The notes beneath the pieces were generated by a model. It worked only from the letters and a program-made list of their open reading frames with translations, did no database searches and was not told the origin of the DNA. Of a DNA stretch of 64,000 bases, positions 1 to 10,213 are shown in pieces; position 1 is the stretch's first letter, and each line of letters begins with the position of its first letter. Position numbers and translations under genes: made by a program. The stretch is from Erythrobacter sp. (GTDB lineage: Bacteria; Pseudomonadota; Alphaproteobacteria; Sphingomonadales; Sphingomonadaceae): contig JBDXKB010000004.1 in assembly GCA_039988235.1 (NCBI GenBank), positions 185,643 to 249,642 of the forward strand. The letters run 5' to 3'.

Positions 1-30
1 AATTGCAGGACTGGTATTGGCGCGACATGG

Positions 31-45
31 TAAACATTGCGTTAA
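31..45. promoter_or_regulatory. CtrA-like box (TAAA-N7-TTAA; TTAA-N7-TTTA on minus strand)
   Basis: taaacattgcgttaa is one mismatch from the TTAA-N7-TTAA consensus. Its target gene would lie left of the window. Confidence 0.3.
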
Positions 46-134
46 GTTGCGCCGGAAATCAGTGACTAACGTTTTGCGGCTGAGGTATTGTGGTTAGCAT
101 GACGTCACGCCGCCTCTAGAACAAATAGGGCGAA

Positions 135-578
135 TTAGAGCAGATATCGCATCTTGATGGTCAATTCTTGGCCCTTACCGGTATAGTCAAACACAGCATC
201 TTTGAACTTTGGTGGGCCCATTCGTACCTTGGCGTCACGCGAAAAGCCGAAGCCTTCCTTTGGCATCATGCCCAGCGCCCGGTCTGCCTTGCCATTGTCG
301 TTTTCATCATGCAGCAACGCGATCGCATATTTGCCTGGCTTCACTCCGGCAAAGCGCAATTCAAGGTTCTCGGCTGCGTCCACCACCGTTCGGTGCGATT
401 CGGGATCTTTGCGGCATCGCGGGAAGATGTCTGGATTGGTCGTCATACAGGCCCGCACGACCCCTTTGGTAGAGCGTAAGTCGGTGATGGAGATCACCAC
501 CTCGCCCTCGGCTGGCGGGGATGCTGCCCCCAACAGGATGGCTGCTCCGCCCAAAGCCAAGGCGCTGGCTCTTTTCAT
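135..578 (-). CDS. DUF2141 family exported protein
   Basis: Signal peptide MKRASALALGGAAILL, then G-YAIALLHDENDNGKAD and EGFGFSRDA..MGPPKF motifs. The ATG at 578 overlaps the upstream stop (ATGA). The ORF-track extension to 1010 is not used. Confidence 0.8.
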   Translation of the reverse strand: MKRASALALGGAAILLGAASPPAEGEVVISITDLRSTKGVVRACMTTNPDIFPRCRKDPESHRTVVDAAENLELRFAGVKPGKYAIALLHDENDNGKADRALGMMPKEGFGFSRDAKVRMGPPKFKDAVFDYTGKGQELTIKMRYLL

Positions 579-1321
579 ATGGGTCGCGCCGAAGATCGAT
601 TGGCGATCGGTGTGTCGGAAAGGCCTTGATCGGTTCCGCACAATTTGTCCCAAAAACGGAAATACAGTCCAAAATTGCATAGATATTGCTCGTGATGTTT
701 TTCGTGGTGACTGGCTGTTATCACCCAATTGCCGAATGGGGAGTGAACAAGCCTTCGAGGAAACATTTCCCATCCCATGTGATTGGTCACACCCATGATA
801 GTCATGATCGTCAGGACAAGGCCAAGAATGCCAATATGCACCGGGATCAAGAACACCAGCGCAGGTATGACAATAGCACCCGTGATGGCTTCTGTGGGGT
901 GAAAACTCATCGCGGTCCATGCCGTCGGGGGCTTGCTGGCATGGTGCACGGCATGGGCGATGCGGAACCATTGTGGGCGATGCATCAATCGATGGGTCCA
1001 ATAGAACCACGTGTCATGCGCGAAGAGATATAGCAGCAAGGATGCAGGCAGATACCATAGGGAGTATGCGCCCGGATCGGTGTAAATCCGGGTCCAGCCC
1101 AAATTCTGCCAACCCCACGCCACGACCCCAGCTGGAACTCCGTAAATGGCAGCTGAGGCAAGAGACCATGCGATCTCTTTGCGGATTTGTCCGTCGAGCC
1201 GTGAATACAGCCCTGGGTTTACCCGGGAGGTTAGCCAAGCGAACAACCCGCTGCTGGCGAGGTACCGCACGGCGACGATGGCTGTCATTGCAAATGCAGA
1301 AAGTGTTATCGCCCAAATCAT
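575..1321 (-). CDS. Sterol desaturase / fatty acid hydroxylase family membrane protein
   Basis: His boxes HRLMH, HAVHH and HHEKHH plus the NFGLYFRFWDKLCGT tail. Start placed at ATG 1321 (GTG 1339 is an alternative). Confidence 0.88.
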   Translation of the reverse strand: MIWAITLSAFAMTAIVAVRYLASSGLFAWLTSRVNPGLYSRLDGQIRKEIAWSLASAAIYGVPAGVVAWGWQNLGWTRIYTDPGAYSLWYLPASLLLYLFAHDTWFYWTHRLMHRPQWFRIAHAVHHASKPPTAWTAMSFHPTEAITGAIVIPALVFLIPVHIGILGLVLTIMTIMGVTNHMGWEMFPRRLVHSPFGNWVITASHHEKHHEQYLCNFGLYFRFWDKLCGTDQGLSDTPIANRSSARPI

Positions 1322-1370
1322 AGCCAACCTATGCCCCACTGCTCGCCTCAGCGACAGAGGAAAATTTGCT

Positions 1371-1901
1371 CTATTGCCCGTTCACAGCTTGGGCATATCG
1401 CGCATCGAGCAAGCCATTGTGTCGTCGCAAAGCCGCGCGAGCCAAGCGCTCAATTTCCACTTTGCGCCTTGCCGCTGCGAGCGGTAGCAAAGGCGCTGGC
1501 CGCAAGATCTCTGCATCGTAACCATCGGCCACAATCACTCCACAGCTATCGGGCTGATAGGCCTCACTTTCGAGCGGCCCCCGATCCAAATCAGGCGGGA
1601 CGCCCCAGAAAAAGCGGTCGCAATAGTCAAGATAGTCCGGCCATTTCCCATCGCCCAATAAATCCGACCGAGCGACCTTGATCTCAACAATGATCACATG
1701 ACCCTTGGCGTCGATCCCCATCAAGTCTGCCCGTCTATTGTTGCGCAGGGGCATTTCCGTCAGGCACCAGATATCATTGCGAGCGAACATCCGACAAACG
1801 CCGCGCGCGACATCTTCTGCACCGTGCTGGCTGGTTGGCGCGGTTACGCCCGAATTATCTGCCGAGAGCGAATCAATTGCAGAGGGATTGTTACTGGCCA
1901 T
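1371..1901 (-). CDS. mmcB: MmcB family DNA repair protein (PD-(D/E)XK nuclease-like)
   Basis: RRADLMG..IVEIKVARSDLLGDGKWPDYLDYCDRFFW motif, with an SOS box directly upstream. Confidence 0.85.
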   Translation of the reverse strand: MASNNPSAIDSLSADNSGVTAPTSQHGAEDVARGVCRMFARNDIWCLTEMPLRNNRRADLMGIDAKGHVIIVEIKVARSDLLGDGKWPDYLDYCDRFFWGVPPDLDRGPLESEAYQPDSCGVIVADGYDAEILRPAPLLPLAAARRKVEIERLARAALRRHNGLLDARYAQAVNGQ

Positions 1902-1912
1902 GCCTAAAGCTG

Positions 1913-1927
1913 GAACATACAGCGAAC
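1913..1927 (-). promoter_or_regulatory. Alphaproteobacterial LexA (SOS) box GTTC-N7-GTTC
   Basis: Plus strand GAAC-atacagc-GAAC equals minus strand GTTC-N7-GTTC, ending 11 nt before the mmcB ATG. A -35-like TTGACT lies at 1935-1930. Confidence 0.85.
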
Positions 1928-1972
1928 GCAGTCAAGCGTCCGATTTTCAAGAAAGGCCTATTAAGCGGGAGA

Positions 1973-2374
1973 TTATTCAGAGGATCGCAAATCAGCAGGC
2001 GCACACATGGCCAGCATGGATTGGCGCGCCGCATGAAATTCGCGCCACAATGCCAGCGCTGGTGCAGTGGTATCTTGACCGCGTGCTTCGATGGCTAGCA
2101 ATGCGGTAACACCCGGCTGGATAATCGCATCCATATCCTGCAATCCTTGTTCCGCTAGCTCGTGCTTTGTTGGGCCGGCCAAAACGATGGCATTGGGAAA
2201 CGCTGCAAGCTCACCCTTATAATCCTCGTGAGCAAGCTGAGCCATGGTTCCGATTAGCTGCGCTGTTTCATGCAGGGCCTCCCATTTTTCGCGCAGGGTC
2301 CGCGGCGCGGCAAGGCCCTCAGCAAATGCATCGTGCATGGCGCGGGATTGTTCGGGAGATTGAAAGGCCGACAT
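1973..2374 (-). CDS. Hypothetical protein (133 aa, predicted helical)
   Basis: Clean ATG ORF filling the gap between mmcB and the tRNA, with natural composition and a PALALWREFHAAR motif. No family recognised. Confidence 0.7.
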   Translation of the reverse strand: MSAFQSPEQSRAMHDAFAEGLAAPRTLREKWEALHETAQLIGTMAQLAHEDYKGELAAFPNAIVLAGPTKHELAEQGLQDMDAIIQPGVTALLAIEARGQDTTAPALALWREFHAARQSMLAMCAPADLRSSE

Positions 2375-2572
2375 GATGATCGAGTTGTTAGCCCATTGCC
2401 TATTGCCAAATTGCTAACGCCGGTCTTTCGGCGCGGTTCAGCATTGGGCTTTGCGTCAATGGACCCGGCCAGCGACATAAAGGCATGTGCGTTTTTTGTT
2501 GGCGCAGCCGAAACGCCTTTGCTAAGCGCCGCGCCGGCCAATAAAGCGCAATTGGTTTTGGCCTTGCGCGAG

Positions 2573-2649
<77 letters not shown>

Positions 2650-2676
2650 TTTTGGGAAAGTGGTGGGCGTTATGAG

Positions 2677-4197
2677 CTAAGCAGTGGCTGGGCAGTAATT
2701 TTGCACATATTCGCCATGGCCCTTCAAGTTTTGGACCATAAACCGGATCGATTTTTCCATCTCGTCTAGCTCGCCCAATGTCTCTTTCTGGTCTAGCGTA
2801 TCAGCAACCGGATTGTGACCCTGCATGGCAATGCCCTGTCCCATCATGACCGCCGCCCAGCTCGTCTCGGTAAAAAGCTCGTCCTCTTCGCGGAAGATCA
2901 GCCCATTGGATTGAAACAGGTCCATCTTTTCCTGGAGCGTGTCCGGCACACTCATGGTGCGGCAATAATTCCAGAACTCCGAATCATCGCGACTGGTGGC
3001 GTGATAATGCAAGATCAGGAAGTCGCGAATACGGGCATATTCCTTAGCTGTGAGCCGGTTGTATGTCCGCTCCATCGAAGGTGTAATTCCATCGAGCGAT
3101 AGCATCGCCATCAATTTGTCTATGCCGGTGTTGATCAAATGGATTGAGGTCGATTCCAAGGGCTCCATGAAGCCAGAGGCAAGACCGAGCGACACTACAT
3201 TCTTGTTCCAGAACTTCTTTCGGTGGCCGGTCACAAAGCGCAGGAAGTTGGGATCAGCTGTTGGCTTGCCAGCCAAATTGTTGACCAAAATGTCGTGCGC
3301 CTCGTCATTCTCCATATAGGCGCTGCAATAGACGTGCCCATTGCCATTGCGGTGCTGCAACGGGACCTGCCATTGCCAACCGGCGGAATGCGCGGTTGCC
3401 CGCGTGTACGGTGCCGGCGGACTGCCATCATCCCTATTGCACGGCAGCGCCACCGCGCGATCGCAAGGCAACCAATGGGTCCATTCTTCATAGCCGGTTT
3501 TGAGCGCTTGCTCGATTAAGAGCCCGCGGAAACCGGAGCAATCGATGAACAAATCGCCTTCAAGCTCTTCACCGCTTTCCAGCTTGATGGATGTGACAAA
3601 ACCACTTTCCCCATCGAGCTGCACATCGCAGACGCGCCCCTCCTGGCGGACAACACCGCGGTTCTCGGCAAACTGCCTGAGGAATGCGGCATAGCGGCCA
3701 GCATCAAGGTGGTAAGCGTAATTGATCGGCGGCAGATCATCGCGTTGGAAATCGTCCGTTTTCCCGAATTTCCCGAAGTGAGCGGCGAGCGTTTCGATGT
3801 TGAAAACCTGGATCGGTCGTTTGTCACCCAACTCGCGGAATTTGTGCCAAATTTGCAGGAAGGAAATGCCGCCCATGGTGTACCCATAGGCACCGAACGG
3901 GTGGATATAGCTGTCACCAAGCTTGCCCCAATTTGAGAATTGAATGCCCAGTTTGAAGGTGGCCTGTGCGGCCGACATAACCTCACGTTCCTGAACGCCA
4001 AGCAGCTCGTTAAAGCCAACAAATGGCGGAATTGTCGCTTCTCCGACACCAACAGTGCCAATTTGCTCGGATTCAACCAAAGTTATGGAAACCGGCTTGC
4101 CGCCCTTGGCCTGAACTTGCCTCAAGCGAGAAAGTGCGGCGCCAGCCATCCAACCGGCGGTTCCGCCACCTACGATCACGATTTTCTCAATTGCCAT
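2677..4197 (-). CDS. Tryptophan halogenase family flavin-dependent halogenase
   Basis: GGGTAG FAD motif, [10 protein letters not shown], catalytic Lys in ATFKLGI, HPFG, WQWQVP (WxWxIP-like), [10 protein letters not shown]. Start [12 protein letters not shown] at 4197. Confidence 0.92.
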   Translation of the reverse strand: MAIEKIVIVGGGTAGWMAGAALSRLRQVQAKGGKPVSITLVESEQIGTVGVGEATIPPFVGFNELLGVQEREVMSAAQATFKLGIQFSNWGKLGDSYIHPFGAYGYTMGGISFLQIWHKFRELGDKRPIQVFNIETLAAHFGKFGKTDDFQRDDLPPINYAYHLDAGRYAAFLRQFAENRGVVRQEGRVCDVQLDGESGFVTSIKLESGEELEGDLFIDCSGFRGLLIEQALKTGYEEWTHWLPCDRAVALPCNRDDGSPPAPYTRATAHSAGWQWQVPLQHRNGNGHVYCSAYMENDEAHDILVNNLAGKPTADPNFLRFVTGHRKKFWNKNVVSLGLASGFMEPLESTSIHLINTGIDKLMAMLSLDGITPSMERTYNRLTAKEYARIRDFLILHYHATSRDDSEFWNYCRTMSVPDTLQEKMDLFQSNGLIFREEDELFTETSWAAVMMGQGIAMQGHNPVADTLDQKETLGELDEMEKSIRFMVQNLKGHGEYVQNYCPATA

Positions 4198-4243
4198 ATC
4201 GCGCCTTTGCATTTCCCCCTTGAAATATCCAGAACCCTTTCAG

Positions 4244-4281
4244 AATGTGAACGTTCATTTTAGGGCTTGTGAACGCTAACA
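4244..4281. promoter_or_regulatory. Tandem LacI-family operator-like palindromes
   Basis: TGAACGTTCA (4248-4257, perfect) and TGTGAACGCTAACA (4268-4281). Both have a central CG and their centres are 22 bp apart, in the divergent halogenase/TBDR gap. Confidence 0.7.
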
Positions 4282-4347
4282 ATGTCGGTTATGTTTCAAG
4301 AACACAAGGGCGGAAATTTATACCGCTCGGTGTTTTGGGAGGGTAAC

Positions 4348-7300
4348 TTGACACCGGTAAATACACTCGGAAACGCGCCATCACGTCGCTTTTTGGCTTT
4401 GAGCACTGCTTCGGGCTTGGCTTTGTCTGCTGTAATGGCGGCGCCTGCTTATGCACAAGATGCTCCGGATGATAGCGACGCTGAAGCGACGCCACTGGAA
4501 ACCGAAAACGAGATTATTGTTAGCGGCTTCCGCGCATCGCTTGAGAACGCACAGAACGTCAAACGCGATGCGGATACATTTGTTGATGCCATTACCGCTG
4601 AAGACATTGGCGCATTGCCCGATCGATCTGTTGCCGAGGCGCTTCAGCGCGTGCCCGGTGTCAACATTGGCCGATTTGAAAAGACTACTGACCCTGACCG
4701 TTTCTCGGTTGAGGGTACCGGTGTTATTATTCGCGGACTTCCCTATGTTCGCTCCGAACTGAATGGCCGCGACATCTTTTCTGCAACGGGCGGCCGCTCG
4801 TTGAGCTTCAATGATATTTCTCCTGAGCTTCTTGGCCGGGTTGAGGTTTTCAAAAACGTAACTTCTGACATGGTTGAGGGCGCGATTGCCGGTACCGTGA
4901 ACCTTGTCACGCGCAAGCCGCTCGATTCGGGTGGTTTGAAAATCGCCGGTACAGTCGGTGCAAACTATGGCGATCTGCGCGAGGAATGGTCGCCTGAGTT
5001 CTCTGGCCTCATTTCGAACAGCTGGGATACTGACGCAGGCTCGTTTGGGCTGCAATTTGGTTACGCTAAATCCGAGCTCAAGAGCCGCACTGATGCATCG
5101 CAGGTTGCTGACCCCTGTTACAGGGCTGACACATTGGACGGGCCTTGCATCCGAGCCTTATCAGTGGGTTCAGGCGGTTTTGTTGGTGATCCAAACTTCG
5201 ATGCCACCAACTTCCCGCCGGACAATACGTTGGTCGTTCCGAAAGGCGCTGGCGTTCGCACAACCGACCTTGATAGAGACCGCGAGGCATATTCATTCGT
5301 TGGGCAATATGAAAGTGCAGACAGCCGTTTCTTGGCAACAATCGAATGGCTGCGTTCTGAGACCAGCTTCGATACAGAAGAGTTTGCTCTAATCTCTCGC
5401 GTCGATGATGAGGGACTTTTCCCTGTCCCAGCGGCCGGCAGTACATGGCAGTTTGATGAAAACGGCGTGTTTGAAAGCGGCGTTCTCACACAGCGCCCTG
5501 GCGATGCTTATGCGACGCCATTTGGCCGGGGTGGCATTCCGATTGATTCCCTGCGCTTCCTGCGCGGCGCCGAGTCGGTAACCGAAGATTTCTCGATGGA
5601 CATAAAATTCGAGGCAACGGATCGACTGCGCTTCAATCTTGAGGCTCAGCAGATCACTTCGCGCCTAAGCCGCGACTCCGTATTCGGAGCACTCAGCACA
5701 TTTGCCAATGTCGATCTCGACCTTTCCGGCAGTACGCCAAGTGTTCAATTCTTGGCGCCTCCGGGATCTCCGGCTGACTATTTCTCCTCGGGCGAAAGCA
5801 CTTATTACTGGTTTGGCCTCGACAGCCGCGAGAAGAACGAGGGCGAGTTGAGCAGTGTCCGTTTCGACGCAGAATACGACATCAGTGATGAAGGATTCTT
5901 CAGGAGCGCCCGCTTTGGTGCGCGTTGGGCTGAGCGTGATCGCACAACCCGCAACACCGACTTCAGCACATGGGGTAATCTGTCTGCGCCATGGGCCGGC
6001 CGCGCAGGCTGTGCACCGTGGAACGCTGGGCCGGGTTGTGCAGCGACAGGTGGTTTCCAGCCAGGCCGCTGGTTCACTGGTCTGCCGGGCCAAGAGTTCG
6101 CGATTGCTGGCGGAGCATTCACGGATGAGTTCCCGAACTATTCACAATATCGTGATGTGTTCAACAATGGCTTCCAGCGCGGCAACTCGCCAACTCCGAT
6201 TGAAAACGGTGCTGGCTGGTTTTTTGGAGGGGATGATTTCCTCGGAGAGTATCTTGCCGGAACAACAGACGAGCAATTTGCTGAAATTCAAGAATTTGGT
6301 CAGTCACCAGAACGCTTTAACTATGGCGTCAATGGACGGACCGATGCCGATGGCGCATGCGATATCGAAGGTGTCTATTGCCGCGGTGAAGTCTCGACTG
6401 TTTCTGAAGTAACCAATGCCGCTTATGCGCGGATCGATTTCGGAAGTGATTTCGCCAATGGCATGACATTGGAAGGCAATTTCGGCCTGCGTTATGTAGA
6501 AACAAAGGTAACCAGCGAAGGAAGCATCGGCTTTCCTACTGCCAGCCGTTTCGACACTCCAACCAATGGCGTGTCCAATGGTGACGGGATCGTCCAAGTT
6601 TCCGAACTTCAGGCGCTTTGTGCTACTCCGGATGTCCCGGGCATCCAGCGCGGATATTGCCGCCTATCGGATGCGCGCTTGGCTGAATTTGCTGCGGCGC
6701 ATACTGGCGAAGTAATCAGTGGCGATCGAGAGATTACCTTTGAAAATTGGCTGCCTAGCTTCAATGCGAAACTGGATGTTGGAGGTGGTTTGCTGTTCCG
6801 TGCTGCCGTCTCAAAAGGGCTCTCTCGACCTGATCTTCAGCTATTCCGCACCGGCGGCGGCCTTGGTGACAACACCAATGCGCTGGAAGATGCTGGAACG
6901 CTTGAGACAGGGGACTTGTTTGTTTACGAGAGCGGAAACCGTGATCTGCGACCTGTAACATCATGGAATTACGATCTGTCCGCAGAATGGTATTTCGATG
7001 ACGTAGGCTCGCTGACGGTCTCGGCATTCTTGAAAGACATTCAGGGTATCGTGAACACGGGCTTCCAAGACGTGACGTACACTAGCCCAAGCGGTGTTGA
7101 AGTAGACGCCCAATTCAAGGGCCCAATCAATGATCAGGGCGGCAATCTGAAGGGCTTTGAGCTTGCCTATCAGCAGACTTACGACTTCTTGCCGGGCCTG
7201 CTCAGCGGTTTGGGATCGCAGCTAACTTATACTTATGTAGATGGCAGTGATTTCTCCAACCCGAACCTGGCGGCCGTTGGTCAATCTTCGGTCACAACTA

Positions 7301-7683
7301 GCATCGATGAGCTTGGCGGCGGTTCCTTTACCGATGCGCAGCCGCTTGCTGGATTGTCGAAGCATACGGTTAATGGCACGATCTTTTACGAGAAAGGTCC
7401 ATTGGCTTTGCGGGCCGCATACAATTGGCGCTCTGCATTCCTGATCACACCGCGTGACGACATCTTTCCATTCTCGCCAATCTGGCAGGAATCGACGGGC
7501 CAGCTTGATGCCTCAATATTCTTTGCTGTCACCGACAATGTGAAGCTGGGCGTCCAAGGGGTGAACTTGTTGGATGAAGTTACCCGAACTTCGCAAATTG
7601 TAGACTTCGATGGCCTTCGAGTGACGCGCTCGGCATTCCGTAACGATCGCCGCTTTACATTCTTGGCCCGCTTCGACTTCTGA
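4348..7683 (+). CDS. TonB-dependent receptor (carbohydrate-locus type)
   Basis: Signal peptide ..AYA-Q, TonB box EIIVSG, plug DAITAEDIGALPDRSVAEALQRVPGV, C-terminal F. TTG start at 4348 inferred from the GGGAGG RBS. Confidence 0.95.
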   Translation: MTPVNTLGNAPSRRFLALSTASGLALSAVMAAPAYAQDAPDDSDAEATPLETENEIIVSGFRASLENAQNVKRDADTFVDAITAEDIGALPDRSVAEALQRVPGVNIGRFEKTTDPDRFSVEGTGVIIRGLPYVRSELNGRDIFSATGGRSLSFNDISPELLGRVEVFKNVTSDMVEGAIAGTVNLVTRKPLDSGGLKIAGTVGANYGDLREEWSPEFSGLISNSWDTDAGSFGLQFGYAKSELKSRTDASQVADPCYRADTLDGPCIRALSVGSGGFVGDPNFDATNFPPDNTLVVPKGAGVRTTDLDRDREAYSFVGQYESADSRFLATIEWLRSETSFDTEEFALISRVDDEGLFPVPAAGSTWQFDENGVFESGVLTQRPGDAYATPFGRGGIPIDSLRFLRGAESVTEDFSMDIKFEATDRLRFNLEAQQITSRLSRDSVFGALSTFANVDLDLSGSTPSVQFLAPPGSPADYFSSGESTYYWFGLDSREKNEGELSSVRFDAEYDISDEGFFRSARFGARWAERDRTTRNTDFSTWGNLSAPWAGRAGCAPWNAGPGCAATGGFQPGRWFTGLPGQEFAIAGGAFTDEFPNYSQYRDVFNNGFQRGNSPTPIENGAGWFFGGDDFLGEYLAGTTDEQFAEIQEFGQSPERFNYGVNGRTDADGACDIEGVYCRGEVSTVSEVTNAAYARIDFGSDFANGMTLEGNFGLRYVETKVTSEGSIGFPTASRFDTPTNGVSNGDGIVQVSELQALCATPDVPGIQRGYCRLSDARLAEFAAAHTGEVISGDREITFENWLPSFNAKLDVGGGLLFRAAVSKGLSRPDLQLFRTGGGLGDNTNALEDAGTLETGDLFVYESGNRDLRPVTSWNYDLSAEWYFDDVGSLTVSAFLKDIQGIVNTGFQDVTYTSPSGVEVDAQFKGPINDQGGNLKGFELAYQQTYDFLPGLLSGLGSQLTYTYVDGSDFSNPNLAAVGQSSVTTSIDELGGGSFTDAQPLAGLSKHTVNGTIFYEKGPLALRAAYNWRSAFLITPRDDIFPFSPIWQESTGQLDASIFFAVTDNVKLGVQGVNLLDEVTRTSQIVDFDGLRVTRSAFRNDRRFTFLARFDF

Positions 7684-7709
7684 TTGCGGTTAGGATGAAT
7701 GATAAGGAT

Positions 7710-7746
7710 ATGGGCTCTTGTTTCGCGCAAGGGCCCATTTCTGTTT
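7710..7746 (+). terminator. Rho-independent terminator after the TBDR
   Basis: ATGGGCTCTTG-7 nt loop-CAAGGGCCCAT stem (one G:U pair) followed by TTCTGTTT. Confidence 0.7.
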
Positions 7747-7908
7747 CGACTTTCCAATTGGCACGCAAATCGTCAGAAGCATCCGCAAAACTCCACCACA
7801 GGCTTTGCAAATTGGGCAGGTACACCACCTTGGACTTGATGCGACCATGGAGACAGGCAATGATAGCCTTGAGCATTTACGCAGCGGGATCAGGGCTGGA
7901 GAATTGTA

Positions 7909-8970
7909 ATGGCTAGGCGGCGGCAAGCGGTCACCATCAAGCACGTAGCAGCAGATGCTGGGGTTTCCCTGCAAACGGTCAGCCGTGTCATCAACAATGA
8001 ACCCAATGTTCGCGATGCCATGAAGCAACGCGTGCAGGATTCGATTGACCGGCTGGGCTATGTGCCATCCATCGCGGCTCAACGGATGAGCGGATCGAGG
8101 TCCTATCTCATTCTGGCCCTGAACGATCGCGAGAGAACCATTGCTGACTGGCGTGCCCGCCAAGGTACCGACTGGGTCGACCAGATGTTGCTGGGCGGAA
8201 TGCTGACATGTGCCGAACATGGATACCGGATGATGGTTGAGCTGGTGGACACCCACAATGACCATGTCGAACGCGAGCTCGGCGCAGCAGTGGCCGCGCT
8301 GCAACCCGATGGTGTGGTGCTTACCCCTCCGCACTCTGAAAACCCGCTCATCACCAACCTTCTGGCCAAGCTGGATATTCCTTTCGCACGTATTGGATCG
8401 GTCGATCCTGGGCCCGGTATCGCCATGACGATGGATGATGAAGGCTCAGCGAAATTGGCGACCAACCATCTTATCGAATTGGGCCATCGGCGGATCGGAT
8501 TTATCGCAGGGCCGGCTGATTACAGCCTGAGTGGCTGGCGTATTGATGGTTGGCGCAAGGCAATGGAGACGCGCGGGCTCGACACAAATGGCCTGTGCGA
8601 ACGGGGTGACTTTGGCTTTCAATCCGGGATTGAGGCCGCGCGCAAATTGTTGCGGACGGAAGACCGCCCCACGGCAATTATCGCGAGCAGTGACCAAATG
8701 ACCTTGGCGACTTTGGAAACGGCGCGCGCGATGGAGCTGTCCATTCCAGCCGACCTCTCTCTCATAAGCTTCGACAACACGCCGATTGTGCGGTTCACCG
8801 AACCGGCGCTGACCGCGATCGATCAACCCATTGCTGAAACAATCTCACGCGCCGTTAGCCTCCTGATCAATGCAAATGGAGAGCCGCCGCCGGATGCTCC
8901 GGTGATCGTATCGGGTTCCTTAGAAGAAAGAGGCTCGACCGCCCGCCCGCGGGTCGATGTCACCGCCTGA
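7909..8970 (+). CDS. LacI family transcriptional regulator
   Basis: N-terminal TIKHVAADAGVSLQTVSRVIN helix-turn-helix, YVPSIAAQ hinge, periplasmic-binding-protein-like core. Confidence 0.95.
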   Translation: MARRRQAVTIKHVAADAGVSLQTVSRVINNEPNVRDAMKQRVQDSIDRLGYVPSIAAQRMSGSRSYLILALNDRERTIADWRARQGTDWVDQMLLGGMLTCAEHGYRMMVELVDTHNDHVERELGAAVAALQPDGVVLTPPHSENPLITNLLAKLDIPFARIGSVDPGPGIAMTMDDEGSAKLATNHLIELGHRRIGFIAGPADYSLSGWRIDGWRKAMETRGLDTNGLCERGDFGFQSGIEAARKLLRTEDRPTAIIASSDQMTLATLETARAMELSIPADLSLISFDNTPIVRFTEPALTAIDQPIAETISRAVSLLINANGEPPPDAPVIVSGSLEERGSTARPRVDVTA

Positions 8971-10174
8971 CCCACCCCAGCTACACCAGCCGCACACTAT
9001 GCAATCGTGGCGCTTTCTGCTGCTCTATGCATTGGCGGTGGCCGGCGGTGCGGCAGCCTATGTTCCCTTTTTAACCATCCTGTTACCGCTCAAAGTCACC
9101 GGTATGGCTGGCGACGATGGGGTCCGCCTGCTGGCCTACGTCGCCTTCGCAGGCGCGATTTTTGCCAGCGGTTCGAATGTCCTGTTCGGCTGGCTGAGCG
9201 ACATTACCAAGAACCGCAGAGGCTGGATTCTGGCAGGGCTGGCAAGTTCCAGCGGCTTGCTCATTCTGTCGGGTGAGGCTCGCGACACAACCACGCTGAT
9301 AGCCTTGATCTGCGCTTGGCAAATCGGGCTCAATATGATGCTCGCTCCATTGGCAGCATGGGCAGGCGATTGTGTGCCCGATGGCCAAAAAGGTTTGCTA
9401 GGCGGGCTGCTGTCTTTCAGTCCGGCTGCAGGGGCAATGGCGGGCGCATTGGTCACAATACCGGGGCTGGCAGGCCCCGACGCCCGGCTTGAACTGGTCG
9501 CATTGATAGTGGCTTGTCTGGTGCTGCCAGTGGTCGTTTTTGGAAACGCCCGTCCGATGCCGCATCTTGTACGACCGGCCAGCCCGGTGCCTGATCAAGA
9601 CACGCCCTATCTGCAAAACCGCTCCGCAACCGTGCGTATGTGGATGGCAAGGTTGCTCGTCCAGATCGCTGAAGCGGCATTGTTTGCCTATTTGTTGTTT
9701 TGGTTCCGCTCGATAGATGGGGATTTTCGAGACAATGATACGGCGATCTTGTTTGGCGCGGTTTTATTGGCGGGCGTGCCGCTCGCACTGTGGCTTGGCA
9801 GATGGTCAGACCGCCATGAACGGCCAATCCTGCCGCTAACGCTGGGTGCAGCGGGCATAGCCTGCGGGCTGTTGATCATGGCCGCCGCGCCAGATTTGGG
9901 CATGGCGGTGGCCGGTTATGTTGTTTTTGGATTGGCCTCGAGCGTATTTCTTGCCCTTCATTCTAGTCAGACCTTGCGCGTGCTCCCCAAACCGCAAAAT
10001 CGCGGCCGCGATCTGGGCCTATTCAATCTAACCAACACCACGCCGTCCTTGGTAATGCCTTGGTTGGCGCTGGCCCTGGTGCCGGTATTCGGCTTTGGCG
10101 CGCTATTTGTGTGTCTGGCGGTTTTGTCCGCGGTTGCCGCGCTCATTCTGATGACGTTGGTGCCACGCAAATAG
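8957..10174 (+). CDS. MFS transporter (sugar-related)
   Basis: About 12 hydrophobic segments, GWLSD..RR and GRWSDR loop motifs. The start may be ATG 8999. Confidence 0.88.
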   Translation: MSPPDPPQLHQPHTMQSWRFLLLYALAVAGGAAAYVPFLTILLPLKVTGMAGDDGVRLLAYVAFAGAIFASGSNVLFGWLSDITKNRRGWILAGLASSSGLLILSGEARDTTTLIALICAWQIGLNMMLAPLAAWAGDCVPDGQKGLLGGLLSFSPAAGAMAGALVTIPGLAGPDARLELVALIVACLVLPVVVFGNARPMPHLVRPASPVPDQDTPYLQNRSATVRMWMARLLVQIAEAALFAYLLFWFRSIDGDFRDNDTAILFGAVLLAGVPLALWLGRWSDRHERPILPLTLGAAGIACGLLIMAAAPDLGMAVAGYVVFGLASSVFLALHSSQTLRVLPKPQNRGRDLGLFNLTNTTPSLVMPWLALALVPVFGFGALFVCLAVLSAVAALILMTLVPRK

Positions 10175-10213
10175 GCGCTTGATTTTGACCCTTGCCCGTG
10201 CAATTCATGCAAA

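Noticed and set aside
579-1010. Long N-terminal extension of the first DUF2141
   Set aside because: It is an alternative frame of the sterol desaturase gene. The ATGA junction at 575-578 marks the real start.
7759-7775. TGGCACG as a sigma54 -24 element before lacI
   Set aside because: The -12 TTGC element is absent at the required distance.
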